Positions 1-11,416 of a stretch of DNA of 54,119 nt are shown here, in pieces; the stretch's first letter is position 1; each line of letters opens with the position of its first letter. The notes beneath the pieces are model-generated. The model made no database searches. It was not told where the DNA came from and worked only from the letters and a program-made list of their open reading frames with translations. This DNA is from Myxococcota bacterium. Lineage in GTDB: Bacteria > Myxococcota > JACRCW01. Both the position numbers and the translations under genes were made by a program. The stretch is taken from contig JBFMGU010000039.1 of the NCBI GenBank assembly GCA_040752415.1, positions 1-54,119 on the forward strand. Reading direction: 5' to 3'.

Positions 1-117
1 GCGGGACGCCAGGACCTTGGTGATCGCCGCGGTCAGAGACGTCTTGCCGTGGTCAACGTGGCCAATGGTGCCAACGTTCACGTGCGGCTTGCTGCGGTCA
101 AATTTCTCCTTGCTCAT
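1..117 (-). CDS. tuf: Elongation factor Tu, N-terminal part (runs off the window start)
   Basis: Manual translation from ATG at 117: [39 protein letters not shown]; lies directly after fusA. Confidence 0.98.
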   Translation of the reverse strand, partial: MSKEKFDRSKPHVNVGTIGHVDHGKTSLTAAITKVLASR

Positions 118-174
118 GTCCGTCTCCCGAAATTGAAGGCTGAAGGTTCCTGAAAAGGGTTGCCGGTACCTGGC

Positions 175-2295
<2,121 letters not shown>

Positions 2296-2343
2296 AACCG
2301 ACTCCACTAACGATCCCGTCGCCGACGGGAGTTGAATCTTTCC

Positions 2344-2368
2344 AAAAACACCCTCGTGAAACCGAGGG
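2344..2368 (-). terminator. Terminator-like hairpin in the rpsG-fusA spacer
   Basis: Minus strand CCCTCG-GTTTCA-CGAGGG followed by TGTTTTT. Confidence 0.45.
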
Positions 2369-2448
2369 ACCTACCGACTCTTCACTTGCCAAAGAGCGCT
2401 GCACCGGCACCACCACCGACGGTGGCGCCCGCGGTCATCCCGGAGGGA

Positions 2449-2919
2449 TTACCAGCGATAGTGGGCAAAGGCCTTGTTCGCCTCCGCCATGCGGTGCGTG
2501 TCCTCGCGCTTCTTGACAGCGTTGCCCTTGCCGTTGGCTGCATCCAGGATCTCGGCCGCCAGCTTCTCGCGCATGGTGCGCTCACCACGGTCGGCGGCGT
2601 AGGACTTGATCCAGCGCATGCCGAGCGAGGTGCGGCGGTCACTGCGGACCTCCACGGGCACCTGGTAGGTAGAACCACCCACGCGGCGGCTCTTGACCTC
2701 CACGGAGGGCTTCACGTTCTCAAGCGCCTTCTTGAAGGTCTTGAGAGGCTCTTCCTTGGTGCGCTCCTCAATGATGGCCAGCGCGCCGTAGACGATGCGC
2801 TCAGCCACGGCCTTCTTGCCGCGCTCCATCACCACGTTCATGAACTTGGTGACCAGACGGTCCGCGTACTTGGGGTCCGGGAGGATCTTGCGCTTGGGGA
2901 CTTCACGACGACGAGGCAT
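2449..2919 (-). CDS. rpsG: 30S ribosomal protein S7
   Basis: [10 protein letters not shown]...[15 protein letters not shown]...[11 protein letters not shown]. Confidence 0.99.
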   Translation of the reverse strand: MPRRREVPKRKILPDPKYADRLVTKFMNVVMERGKKAVAERIVYGALAIIEERTKEEPLKTFKKALENVKPSVEVKSRRVGGSTYQVPVEVRSDRRTSLGMRWIKSYAADRGERTMREKLAAEILDAANGKGNAVKKREDTHRMAEANKAFAHYRW

Positions 2920-2952
2920 GGTTTCCTCAAATGCTCAAAACGGTGACGAGGC

Positions 2953-3324
2953 TCAGCCCGGGCGCTTGGCGCCGTACTTGGAGCGACCCTGCTTGCGGTT
3001 GGCAACGCCCACGGAGTCCAGCGTGCCGCGGATGATGTGGTAGCGGACACCGGGGAGGTCCTTCACACGACCGCCACGGATGAGCACCACGGAGTGCTCC
3101 TGCAGGTTGTGACCCACGCCGGGGATGTACGAGGTCACTTCCATGCCGTTGACGAGACGAACACGGGCAACCTTGCGGAGCGCGGAGTTCGGCTTCTTGG
3201 GCGTGGTGGTGTACACGCGAACGCACACGCCGCGCTTCTGCGGGCAGGCTTTGAGGGCGGGGCTGGCGGTCTTGACCGCGAGCACCTGGCGACCCTTCCG
3301 GACGAGCTGGTTGATGGTAGGCAT
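2953..3324 (-). CDS. rpsL: 30S ribosomal protein S12
   Basis: [12 protein letters not shown]...[10 protein letters not shown]...[10 protein letters not shown]; start set at the conserved MPTINQ. Confidence 0.99.
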   Translation of the reverse strand: MPTINQLVRKGRQVLAVKTASPALKACPQKRGVCVRVYTTTPKKPNSALRKVARVRLVNGMEVTSYIPGVGHNLQEHSVVLIRGGRVKDLPGVRYHIIRGTLDSVGVANRKQGRSKYGAKRPG

Positions 3325-3547
3325 GCTCTCTGTGTCCTCGTGACTTCCGTGTCCTTCTCCAAACCGCCAACCTCTTGAGACGCCAAGAGCCACCTGGGGT
3401 TCAGGACCTTCCTCTGGTCCCGCCCTTGGATGGCTCCCTGGAACAACCCGGGCGCCTCAAAGAGCCTGCTGCCTTCCTTCCGGCAGCCGCGCCGTGGACC
3501 CGAGGCCCCTGGCACGCCCTGCGGGGTCATCTCCGCGAGGGGCGCGC

Positions 3548-3576
3548 GTCATACATTCGGGCCACATGTGAGTCAA
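3548..3576 (-). promoter_or_regulatory. sigma70-type promoter of the str operon
   Basis: Minus strand TTGACT-N17-TATGAC about 220 nt upstream of rpsL. Confidence 0.6.
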
Positions 3577-3709
3577 GCCTGATCTGGGTCCGTCATGCGC
3601 GCGTTCGGTCGCGTTTACCGTTCCGCGGCGTTCCCGTCAGGCGCGCCAGGGTCATTTCTCTGCGTCCGGACGCGGAGTTGGACGTGGGCATCCAATGACG
3701 GGAGGAAGC

Positions 3710-4543
3710 TCAATGCACCGGCTGAGGCTTGCGCTTGATGCGCAGGATCTCGCGCGCCTGGGCCGGCGTGGCCACGGGCCGACCAACCTTCTTCGCGTGC
3801 GCCACCACCTCGGCCACCAGCGGCGCGCTCCCTTCCGCCAGCACACCCTTGCGCAGCCAGATGTTGTCCTCCAGGCCCACGCGCGCGTTGCCGCCCCGCT
3901 CCACGGCGTAGAACGCCATGGGCAGCTGGTGTCGTCCCACGCCGGCCACGGTCCACGTGCAGCCCTGCGGCAGGCTCCCCACCATGAACTCCAGCTGGCG
4001 CTCTCCGGCGCTGAGTCCGCCGGGAACGCCCAGGACCAGGTCCACGTGCGCGGGCAGATCCAGCAGCCCCTCCTTGGCCAACCGCAGCGCGTTTTCGACG
4101 TGGCCGGCGTCAAACGCCTCCACCTCCGGCGTGATCCCGCGCGTGCGCAGCCGCGTGGCAATGTCCTTCATCAGCGGCCAGCTGTTGACGAAGACGTCGT
4201 CGCCAAAGTTGACCGTGCCCGTCGAGAGCGTGGCCATGTCTGGGTCACACTCCAGGCTGCCGCAGCGCTCGTCCACGCTCATGCCCACCGCGCCGCCGGT
4301 GCTGACCTGGCAGAGGAGGTCGCATTTCTCACGGATGAGACGGACGGTCTGCTTGAAGAGCTCCGGGCTCTGGCTGGGGCTCCCGTCGGGATTGCGCATG
4401 TGCAGGTGCACCATGGAGGCGCCGGCCTGCCAGCAGCGGATGGCGTCCGCGGCAATCTCCTCGGGCGTGATGGGGAGGTGGGGGTTCTGGGCGCGGGTGG
4501 TCTCGGCGCCAACCAGCGCGGCGGTGATGACAAGGGGATCCAT
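3710..4543 (-). CDS. kce: 3-keto-5-aminohexanoate cleavage enzyme (BKACE/DUF849)
   Basis: MDPLVITAALVGAE..NPHLPITPEEIA, HLHMR, STGG, RVGLEDN motifs; lysine-degradation context. Confidence 0.92.
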   Translation of the reverse strand: MDPLVITAALVGAETTRAQNPHLPITPEEIAADAIRCWQAGASMVHLHMRNPDGSPSQSPELFKQTVRLIREKCDLLCQVSTGGAVGMSVDERCGSLECDPDMATLSTGTVNFGDDVFVNSWPLMKDIATRLRTRGITPEVEAFDAGHVENALRLAKEGLLDLPAHVDLVLGVPGGLSAGERQLEFMVGSLPQGCTWTVAGVGRHQLPMAFYAVERGGNARVGLEDNIWLRKGVLAEGSAPLVAEVVAHAKKVGRPVATPAQAREILRIKRKPQPVH

Positions 4544-4575
4544 GACCGGGAGCATAATCCGCGTGGGCGCGCGGA

Positions 4576-5358
4576 TCAGCCGGACTTGGCAGACTGCCCC
4601 CGCACGACGAGAACGTAGCCGTCGCGAAGCTTGAGGGCGCACTCGGTCTGGCCGTCGCCCTTGTCCTGGGGCGCGCGCAACAGCAGGTTGGCCGCTTCCG
4701 CCAGTCGCGCCACCGACTCCACGTCCAGCACGGTGCACACCAGCTCCATCCCCAGCCCGCGCGTGCGACCGGTGGCGCTGGCGCCAAAGTGCTCCTCCAG
4801 ACCCTTGTCCTCGTGCAGGCCGAACAGCGCGCGACCCACGCGCACCACCGCGGTGCCCTTGCTCAGCGGCTGCACCACGGCGGCGTCGAGGACGGTCTGC
4901 AGATCACGCGCGGTCTCGGCGGGGTCGGAGCACCACAGGATGGCGTCCAGATCCCACGGGCTCCGACGCTGCGGGCCGCGCTGCTTGTCCTTGGGCACCA
5001 CGCACGTCCCGCTGGCGCGACAGACGATGATCGGCGCCTTGAGCACGTCGCAGTGGCTGTCATGGCCCTTCACCGGCTGGATCACCTTGCGCGCCACGAA
5101 GCGCATGCGGCGGCTGGTGGTCCCCTCCTCGGTGATCTCGCCCTCCGCCTCGATGAAGTCCCCGGCGTAGACCGGCGCCAGGAACTCCACGCTGTCATAG
5201 GCGCGGAACAGCCCCTCGTCGCCGTCACGGAGGATGCACAGCTCGGTGGCCACGTCGCCAAAGAGGCCCAGCATGCGCGCTCCGTCGACGAGACCGCCGC
5301 CGTAATGCGCATCATGCGCGCTGACCCTGAGCCGGATGAGCGAGCGCTCCCCCGTCAC
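4576..5358 (-). CDS. kal: 3-aminobutyryl-CoA ammonia-lyase (hotdog fold) fused to a C-terminal VOC/glyoxalase-like domain
   Basis: N-terminal ~128 aa: [59 protein letters not shown]; extra ~125 aa with VOC-like pattern. Confidence 0.88.
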   Translation of the reverse strand: MTGERSLIRLRVSAHDAHYGGGLVDGARMLGLFGDVATELCILRDGDEGLFRAYDSVEFLAPVYAGDFIEAEGEITEEGTTSRRMRFVARKVIQPVKGHDSHCDVLKAPIIVCRASGTCVVPKDKQRGPQRRSPWDLDAILWCSDPAETARDLQTVLDAAVVQPLSKGTAVVRVGRALFGLHEDKGLEEHFGASATGRTRGLGMELVCTVLDVESVARLAEAANLLLRAPQDKGDGQTECALKLRDGYVLVVRGQSAKSG

Positions 5359-6503
5359 GACGTCGCTCCCTCTTCCGCGGCGCCCGGCACATCGACGAGC
5401 TTGCTGGGTGGCTCACCAAGAGGCTTCTCCTCCGGCGCGCTGGCCAGGTATTCCATGGCATCCACCGTGGGGAGCTCTCCTTCCGCTTCCACCTGGCGCG
5501 CCGCATCCTGGAACACCTGGCTGGCCGCGTTGACGTCGACAAACGCCACCGCCGCATTCCCGTTGCGCACCATCACCACCTGCCCCACGAACGGCACGCG
5601 CACCTGGCTGCCCAGCACGCCCAGCGAGAACGTCACGTGCTCCAGCATCTGCGGCGCCACCTTGGCGCGCGTGAGGATTGCGCCACGGGTGGCCAGCCCT
5701 TCCGCCGCGCGCAACAGCGCCAGCGACGGGTAGAGCACCGCCACACCGTGCACCAGCAGCGGCAGGTCCTGCGGCACCGGCGCGGCGGGCTTGATGACGA
5801 CGGGAGGCGCGTCGCCCACCACGCTGCGCAGCACGTCGGCGGGGATCTCCTTGTGGTACGGGCTCTCGAACTGCAGGCGGTTGCCGGGGTGTGACTCGTG
5901 GATGTCCGACTCCGACTCCTTGGGCTCGGTGGGAACCGCAATGCGCGTGACCGCCACCGCCACCGACGCCGTCTTGGGGAACGCGGCGTCCGCGGGTGTG
6001 GGTTCCGGCGCGGTGGCTTCCTCCTCGGCGGGAGCGGGCGCCTCGGTGCGTGCGTTGAGCAGCGTCTCCAACGAGGGAGCAGCGGAGGCGGACTCACTGG
6101 TGCCACCGGCCGCGGCCTGCACGGAAGTGCTCAATGGCGACGAGGCGGGCGCACTCTCCCCGGCGGGAGCCGGCTCGCTCGTCGGGGTGGGCGGGACAAT
6201 GGAGTCCCAGCTCATGGGCTGCGCGTCGGCCACGTCCAGCTGCTGCAGCACGTCGGCGGGCAACGTGGGAAAGGTCATCACGACGAGACCGGCCACGCAC
6301 GCCACCACGCGACCCTGCAGCGTGACGTCGAGACTGTTGTGCGGCGCGGTGAGGCGGAGCGGGACCTTGCCCGGTGTCAGCCCCGTTCCCCGCGCGGTGA
6401 GCACGCCCCGACGAAGCTGCGCGCTGGAATTGGCCAGGACCTGCGGCCCCTCGAAAGTCACGACGCCCTGCGTACTGACCGTGGGCAAGAGCTCAGGTGT
6501 CAC
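5355..6503 (-). CDS. Hypothetical protein with two degenerate PilZ-like beta domains joined by a Pro/Ala/Glu-rich linker
   Basis: Segments [29 protein letters not shown] and [29 protein letters not shown] overlap with kal start. Confidence 0.65.
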   Translation of the reverse strand: MTPELLPTVSTQGVVTFEGPQVLANSSAQLRRGVLTARGTGLTPGKVPLRLTAPHNSLDVTLQGRVVACVAGLVVMTFPTLPADVLQQLDVADAQPMSWDSIVPPTPTSEPAPAGESAPASSPLSTSVQAAAGGTSESASAAPSLETLLNARTEAPAPAEEEATAPEPTPADAAFPKTASVAVAVTRIAVPTEPKESESDIHESHPGNRLQFESPYHKEIPADVLRSVVGDAPPVVIKPAAPVPQDLPLLVHGVAVLYPSLALLRAAEGLATRGAILTRAKVAPQMLEHVTFSLGVLGSQVRVPFVGQVVMVRNGNAAVAFVDVNAASQVFQDAARQVEAEGELPTVDAMEYLASAPEEKPLGEPPSKLVDVPGAAEEGATS

Positions 6504-6538
6504 GGTGTTCCTCTTTGGGGAGAGACGGTGGGCGGCGA

Positions 6539-7300
6539 CTATAGGCCAGAACCCGCCGCGGGGTGGCTTTTGCTGCGCTTGATCACCTCGTCCACCAGGT
6601 AGCTGGCCACCTCGCTGGGCTTGGTGCCGGGTCCAAAGCCTGCGTCGTAGCCCAGCTCCAGGGCCTCCTTGTGGCTCAGGCGCGGCCCGCCCAGGATGAA
6701 GATGAAGCGGTCCCGCAGGCCGCGCGCCTTGGCCCGTTCAATCAGGCCACGCGCGTCCTCCTTGTGGATGTCCCGCTGCGTCACCACCTTGCTGACCAGG
6801 ATGGCGTCGGCGTGGACCTCCACCGCGCGGTCCAGGAACTCGTCGTCCTTGAGCTGCGCCCCCAGGTTGAACGCGCGGAAGCCGGGGTAGCGCTCCAGGC
6901 CGTAGTCGCCGGCAAAGCCCTTCATGTTGATGATGGCGTCAATGCCCACCGTGTGGCTGTCGAACCCGTTGTTGCCGCCCACCACCACGATGTGGCGCTT
7001 CAGCTCGCCCTGGATGCGCTCGTTGACGCCGGAGAAGCCGTAGTTCGGTGTGTCGACGACGGGGACCTGCACCGCGTCGTAGTCGATGCTCGCCGTGGTG
7101 CTGGCGTAGACCACGAAGTACGCGTGTGTGCGGCTGGCCGCTTCCATGGCTGCCACCTTGACGTCCTTCATCCCCATCTCGCGCTCGACGAACAGGCGCG
7201 CGGTCTCTCTCGCGCGGGGCCCGGCGGGGATGGGCAACGTGAAGGTGAGCTGGATGACGCCGTCGTCCGTGCGGTCACCGTAGGGACGGATGCGCTTCAT
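6539..7300 (-). CDS. kamE: Lysine 5,6-aminomutase beta subunit (B12-binding)
   Basis: IRPYGD..DDGVIQLTFTLP; DSHTVGIDAIINMKG (DxHxxG B12 motif plus PLP lysine). Confidence 0.96.
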   Translation of the reverse strand: MKRIRPYGDRTDDGVIQLTFTLPIPAGPRARETARLFVEREMGMKDVKVAAMEAASRTHAYFVVYASTTASIDYDAVQVPVVDTPNYGFSGVNERIQGELKRHIVVVGGNNGFDSHTVGIDAIINMKGFAGDYGLERYPGFRAFNLGAQLKDDEFLDRAVEVHADAILVSKVVTQRDIHKEDARGLIERAKARGLRDRFIFILGGPRLSHKEALELGYDAGFGPGTKPSEVASYLVDEVIKRSKSHPAAGSGL

Positions 7301-7313
7301 GCTTCATTCTCCT

Positions 7314-8882
7314 TCACGGCGCGGGCGGCGGCCGCAGCAGGTCCAGGAACGGGTTGAAGTAGTTCTTCTCGCGGACCACCACGCCCTCGTGGCCCTTGCC
7401 ACCGTCGACGCGACGCTTGGTATCCGCGAACACGCCCTCCCCGATGGCATCCATCAGGCCCACGTCGTCAACGTGCTTCAGCGTCTCGTGCGCGTGGTCC
7501 AGCACCTGCAGCGCGCGCTTCTCGATGCGGCCGCCCGGCGTGAACTGGATCTCGTCGGCGAGATGCTTGGCGGCGCCGGAGATGTAGTTGACGCTCTTGA
7601 GCGCGCAGTAGCGGTCCATGAGCAGCGGCGTGTGCATGGCCTCCGTCATCACGCCCACGAGCTGGATGGTCTGCTTGGTGGTCACCGTAGCCAGGTTGAA
7701 CATGGCGTCGTAGACGTGGCTCCAGAAGATGTCGCCGGTCATGTGCTTGGTGGGCGGCATGAACTTCAACGGATGGCGCGGGAACACCTGGCGGATGAGC
7801 TGGGCCTGCGCCAGCTCCATGAGCCAGCTGTCCTCCACCCATGGATTGATCTCGTGCGCGTGGCCCAGTCCCAGCTGGCTGTCGACGCAACCGGCCAGGT
7901 GCGCCAGCGCCTCGTTGATGAACTGGCTGGCCAGCACCGTGTGTCCCTGGTCCACGGCGTCCGCCGTCGTCAGGTAGTTGTCCTCACCCGTGTTGATGAT
8001 GATGCGGGAGGCAGCGATGATCCGACGCGAGAAGTACTGGTCAATGAACGTCCGCCGCATGTTGATGTCGCGGAACAGGATTCCGTACATCGAGTCATTG
8101 AGCAGCATATCCAGCCGCTCATGCGCCGCCATGAAGGCAATCTCCGGCATGCACAGACCGGAGCTGTAGTTGGTGAGCTGGATGTAGCGGCCCAGGCGCT
8201 GGCTCTCGTCGTCAAGCGCCTCACGCATGATGCGGAAGTTCTCCTGCGTGGCGTACGTCCCGCCAAAACCCTCCGTGGTGGCGCCGTGGGGCACGTAGTC
8301 CAACAGGCTCTGCGCCGTGCTGCGGATGACGGCGATGATCTGCGCGCCCGCCTGCGCCGCCGCGCGCGCCTGCTCCACGTCCTCGTAGATGTTGCCGGTG
8401 GCGACGATGATGTACTTCTGCGGGTCCTCCCCCACGCCCAGCTTCTGCCGCAGCGCATCCCGCTTCTCCCGACGACGCGACAGCTCCTCCACGGCGTCCA
8501 CGGCCATGCGCTGGATGTCGGCGCGCAGCGCGGCGTCCTCGGCGGGAGTGAGCGGGGGGAGCTGCTTGCCACCATCGGCGAGGAGGCGCGGGAGCGAGGA
8601 GACGAGCGCCTTGGGGTTGTCCAATCCCAGACGGAAGCAGCGACCCAGCCAGTACGCCGCGCCCTGCCCCAACGCGCCTTCCTTGTGCAGCGTCTCGACG
8701 AGGAGATTGGCCAGCGGCGCGCCGTGGTCGCCCACGCCGTCAATGCCCAGCAGACGCAAGACGGTGCGTTCCACGGCCACGGTGGTGTGCTGGTCAATGT
8801 AGTCCTGCACCTGACGGGCAATGCGCGCCGCCAGCTGTCGGCACTCGGCAACCTTCGCTTCGTCCACGGGAAGGGTGGGCAT
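7314..8882 (-). CDS. kamD: Lysine 5,6-aminomutase alpha subunit
   Basis: HTTVAVERTVLRLLG, IVATGNIYEDVEQA, RSTAQSLLDYVP, NYSSGLCMPEIA, MPPTKHMTGD. Confidence 0.97.
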   Translation of the reverse strand: MPTLPVDEAKVAECRQLAARIARQVQDYIDQHTTVAVERTVLRLLGIDGVGDHGAPLANLLVETLHKEGALGQGAAYWLGRCFRLGLDNPKALVSSLPRLLADGGKQLPPLTPAEDAALRADIQRMAVDAVEELSRRREKRDALRQKLGVGEDPQKYIIVATGNIYEDVEQARAAAQAGAQIIAVIRSTAQSLLDYVPHGATTEGFGGTYATQENFRIMREALDDESQRLGRYIQLTNYSSGLCMPEIAFMAAHERLDMLLNDSMYGILFRDINMRRTFIDQYFSRRIIAASRIIINTGEDNYLTTADAVDQGHTVLASQFINEALAHLAGCVDSQLGLGHAHEINPWVEDSWLMELAQAQLIRQVFPRHPLKFMPPTKHMTGDIFWSHVYDAMFNLATVTTKQTIQLVGVMTEAMHTPLLMDRYCALKSVNYISGAAKHLADEIQFTPGGRIEKRALQVLDHAHETLKHVDDVGLMDAIGEGVFADTKRRVDGGKGHEGVVVREKNYFNPFLDLLRPPPAP

Positions 8883-9022
8883 GGTGACGCCTCGACAATG
8901 AATGTGACCGCGAGCGGTCGGGTCCTACTATGTAGCCAGCTCCGGCGCGGGCTCAACGACAACCTGCATGCCCACGCTTGCGCCCCGGCTGTTACGCCTC
9001 CCCGACGAGCGCGGTCAACGCA

Positions 9023-10117
9023 TCACGCGCGCTCCGGGTACGACGACACACCGCCGAGGCTGCCACGAATCTGCACCAGCCCGTCGGACGTGAGCTTGTC
9101 CAGGCGCGGGTCGCGGGCCAGCGGGACCTTTCCTTTTCCGCCCGGCACGTCGAGGACGTACGTGGGAAGCGCCAGCCCGCTCACGCGACCACGCAGCCCA
9201 TCCATGAGCGCCATGCCCTCCTCCAGCGTCGTGCGGAAGTGGTTGGCGCCGGTGATGGCGTCGCACTGGTGCAGGTAGTACGGCCGACAGCGCAGGCGCA
9301 CCAGCCCGCGGAAGAGCCGCTCCAGCGTCGCCACGTCGTCGTTGATGCCCTTGAGCAGCACGGTCTGGTTCATCACCGGGAAGCCATGGTCGGCCAGGCG
9401 GTTCAGCGCGGCGGCGGATTCCGTCGTCAGCTCCGCGGGGTGATTGAAGTGCACCAGGAAGTAGACGGGGTGGAACGCCTTGAGCTCGTGCAGGAGCTGC
9501 GTGGTGATGCGCATGGGCGCAAACGACGGGAGCCGCGTGGCAATGCGGATGATGTCCAGGTGCGGAATCCCGCGCAGCCTACCGATGAGCGCGGCCAGTT
9601 TGTCGTCGTCAAGGACGAGCGCGTCGCCGCCGCTGAGGATGACCTCCCGGATGCCCTCGTGCCGGGCGATGTAGCCGATGCCCTCGGAGACGTCGTTCTC
9701 CGTCGGCGTGGGTCCCTGCCCCACCAGGCGCTTGCGCGTGCAGAAGCGGCAATACGACGCGCAGCGGTCGGTGACCCAGAGCAGCGCGCGGTCGGGATAG
9801 CGGTGCACCAGCGACGGGGCGGCGAGCAGCTCCTCCTCGCCCAGGGGATCGTCGCGCTCACCGGCACTGGGTTGCCACTCCTGCGCAGAGGGGACGAGTT
9901 GTCGACGGAGCGGACCGCCAGGCCCCTCGCGCCGCAGCAGGTTCAGCCAGTAGGGCGTGATGGTCAGCGGCAGGCCGCCCGCGGTGGCAAGGCGGAGGCC
10001 CGCGCGCTCGTCGTCGGAGAGTTGGAGGACCTGCTCCAGCTCTTCCGCGCTCCGACACGCGTTGCGCAGCTGCCAGCGCCAGTCATGCCAATGCGGATGG
10101 GACGGGGAAAGCTCCAC
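9023..10117 (-). CDS. kamA: KamA-family radical SAM lysine 2,3-aminomutase
   Basis: WHDWRWQLRN, HRYPDR, CASYCRFC (CxxxCxxC), YYLHQCD, DVPGGKGKVP (PLP Lys); adjacent to kamDE. Confidence 0.88.
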   Translation of the reverse strand: MELSPSHPHWHDWRWQLRNACRSAEELEQVLQLSDDERAGLRLATAGGLPLTITPYWLNLLRREGPGGPLRRQLVPSAQEWQPSAGERDDPLGEEELLAAPSLVHRYPDRALLWVTDRCASYCRFCTRKRLVGQGPTPTENDVSEGIGYIARHEGIREVILSGGDALVLDDDKLAALIGRLRGIPHLDIIRIATRLPSFAPMRITTQLLHELKAFHPVYFLVHFNHPAELTTESAAALNRLADHGFPVMNQTVLLKGINDDVATLERLFRGLVRLRCRPYYLHQCDAITGANHFRTTLEEGMALMDGLRGRVSGLALPTYVLDVPGGKGKVPLARDPRLDKLTSDGLVQIRGSLGGVSSYPERA

Positions 10118-10252
10118 GGGACGCGAGTTATGGAACGGCCCACCGTCCCGTCAAGCGCCGTCCCCTTGCACGCGGGCCTGGCCTTCAGCATGTCCCCCCG
10201 TCTTGCGCGACCACACGACGTCCGTCCATGGTCGCCCGTCCGCGGAGGCCCC

Positions 10253-11416
10253 GTGCACCTGTTCCCGGTGTTCCTGCTGGTGATGAACGCGCTGGCGCTG
10301 CTGGCCCTGCGCGGTGCACTGCCCGTGCTCCGCACGCGCGCGTTCGTGGCGGGTTACGTCGTGGCAACGCTGCTCTCGGTGTTTCCGTGGGCCGCGCTCG
10401 CGTTCGGCGGGTGGGACGCGCTGGAGATGTACGGGGCCGCCACGTCGCTGGTGTGGAGCATCAGCATTGCGTGGAACGTGTCCGTGACGCTGTTGGTGTT
10501 CTCCTGGCCGGTGTGGCGTCTCCTCGTCGCCGCCGCGTCCAGGGGTGCGGCGCACCTGCAGCCCGACGAGGACCGTCGCCGCGTGTTGCGACGCGCCGGC
10601 CTGCTGGTGCCGATGGGTGGGCTCGCGTTCGGGACGTCGGGCGTGGCGGCGGCGGGGTTTCGGCCATTCGTCCGTCGGCTGACGTTGCAGTGGCCGGACC
10701 TGCCGGAGGGCCTGGATGGCTTCAAGGTGGGCCAGTTCTCCGACGTGCACGTGGGCCCCTTCGTCAGCCCCGCGCAGGTGGCCGCCGGGATCCAGGCGCT
10801 CAACGACGAGAAGGTGGACGTGGTGGTCATGACCGGCGACCTCCACGACGACAACGCGTTCATGCCCGCCATCAACGAAGCCTTCCGCCTTGTTACCGCG
10901 CCGCACGGGCTGATTGGGATCCTGGGCAACCACGAGTACTACGCGGGTGTGCGGGAGTACCTGGACCATGTCAGACAGGGGCCCATGCGGCTGCTCGTCG
11001 ACGACGCCATGGTCCTTGAGCGCAACGGCGCGCGGCTGCATCTCAGCGGCGTGGACTACCCGTTCCAGGGGCTGGACGGACCGGCGGAAGCCGCGTCGCG
11101 TTCCGTGGCCAAGGCGCTGCAGAGCGCCCAACCCGGTGACTTCAAGCTCTGCCTCGCGCATCACCCCACCTGCTGGGACGAGGCGCGTCGACATGGCGTG
11201 CACCTGACCCTGAGCGGACACACGCACGGCGGCCAGGTGGCGGTGGGCGGGCGCAGCGTCTTCCGGGACGTGTTCAAGTACATGCTGGGGCTGTATGAGG
11301 ACGGGCCGCAGCGCTTGTTCGTGACGGGTGGGTTGGGCCATTGGTTCCCGTTCCGCCTGGGCTGCCCGCCCGAGGTGGTGGTCATTGAGCTGAAGCGGGG
11401 AACAACGTCCGCATGA
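10253..11416 (+). CDS. Membrane-anchored metallophosphoesterase (YkuE-like)
   Basis: GGAGG RBS before GTG 10253; N-terminal TM helices; SDVH, TGD, GNHE, LAHHP, SGHTHGGQ. Confidence 0.9.
   Translation: MHLFPVFLLVMNALALLALRGALPVLRTRAFVAGYVVATLLSVFPWAALAFGGWDALEMYGAATSLVWSISIAWNVSVTLLVFSWPVWRLLVAAASRGAAHLQPDEDRRRVLRRAGLLVPMGGLAFGTSGVAAAGFRPFVRRLTLQWPDLPEGLDGFKVGQFSDVHVGPFVSPAQVAAGIQALNDEKVDVVVMTGDLHDDNAFMPAINEAFRLVTAPHGLIGILGNHEYYAGVREYLDHVRQGPMRLLVDDAMVLERNGARLHLSGVDYPFQGLDGPAEAASRSVAKALQSAQPGDFKLCLAHHPTCWDEARRHGVHLTLSGHTHGGQVAVGGRSVFRDVFKYMLGLYEDGPQRLFVTGGLGHWFPFRLGCPPEVVVIELKRGTTSA

Noticed and set aside
2953..3324. Streptomycin-resistance substitutions in S12
   Set aside because: PKKPNS and RVKDLPG are wild type
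8978..10252. N-terminal 425 aa of the 812-aa ORF, suggesting a large fusion
   Set aside because: Antisense to kamA; the real gene starts at GTG 10253 with an RBS
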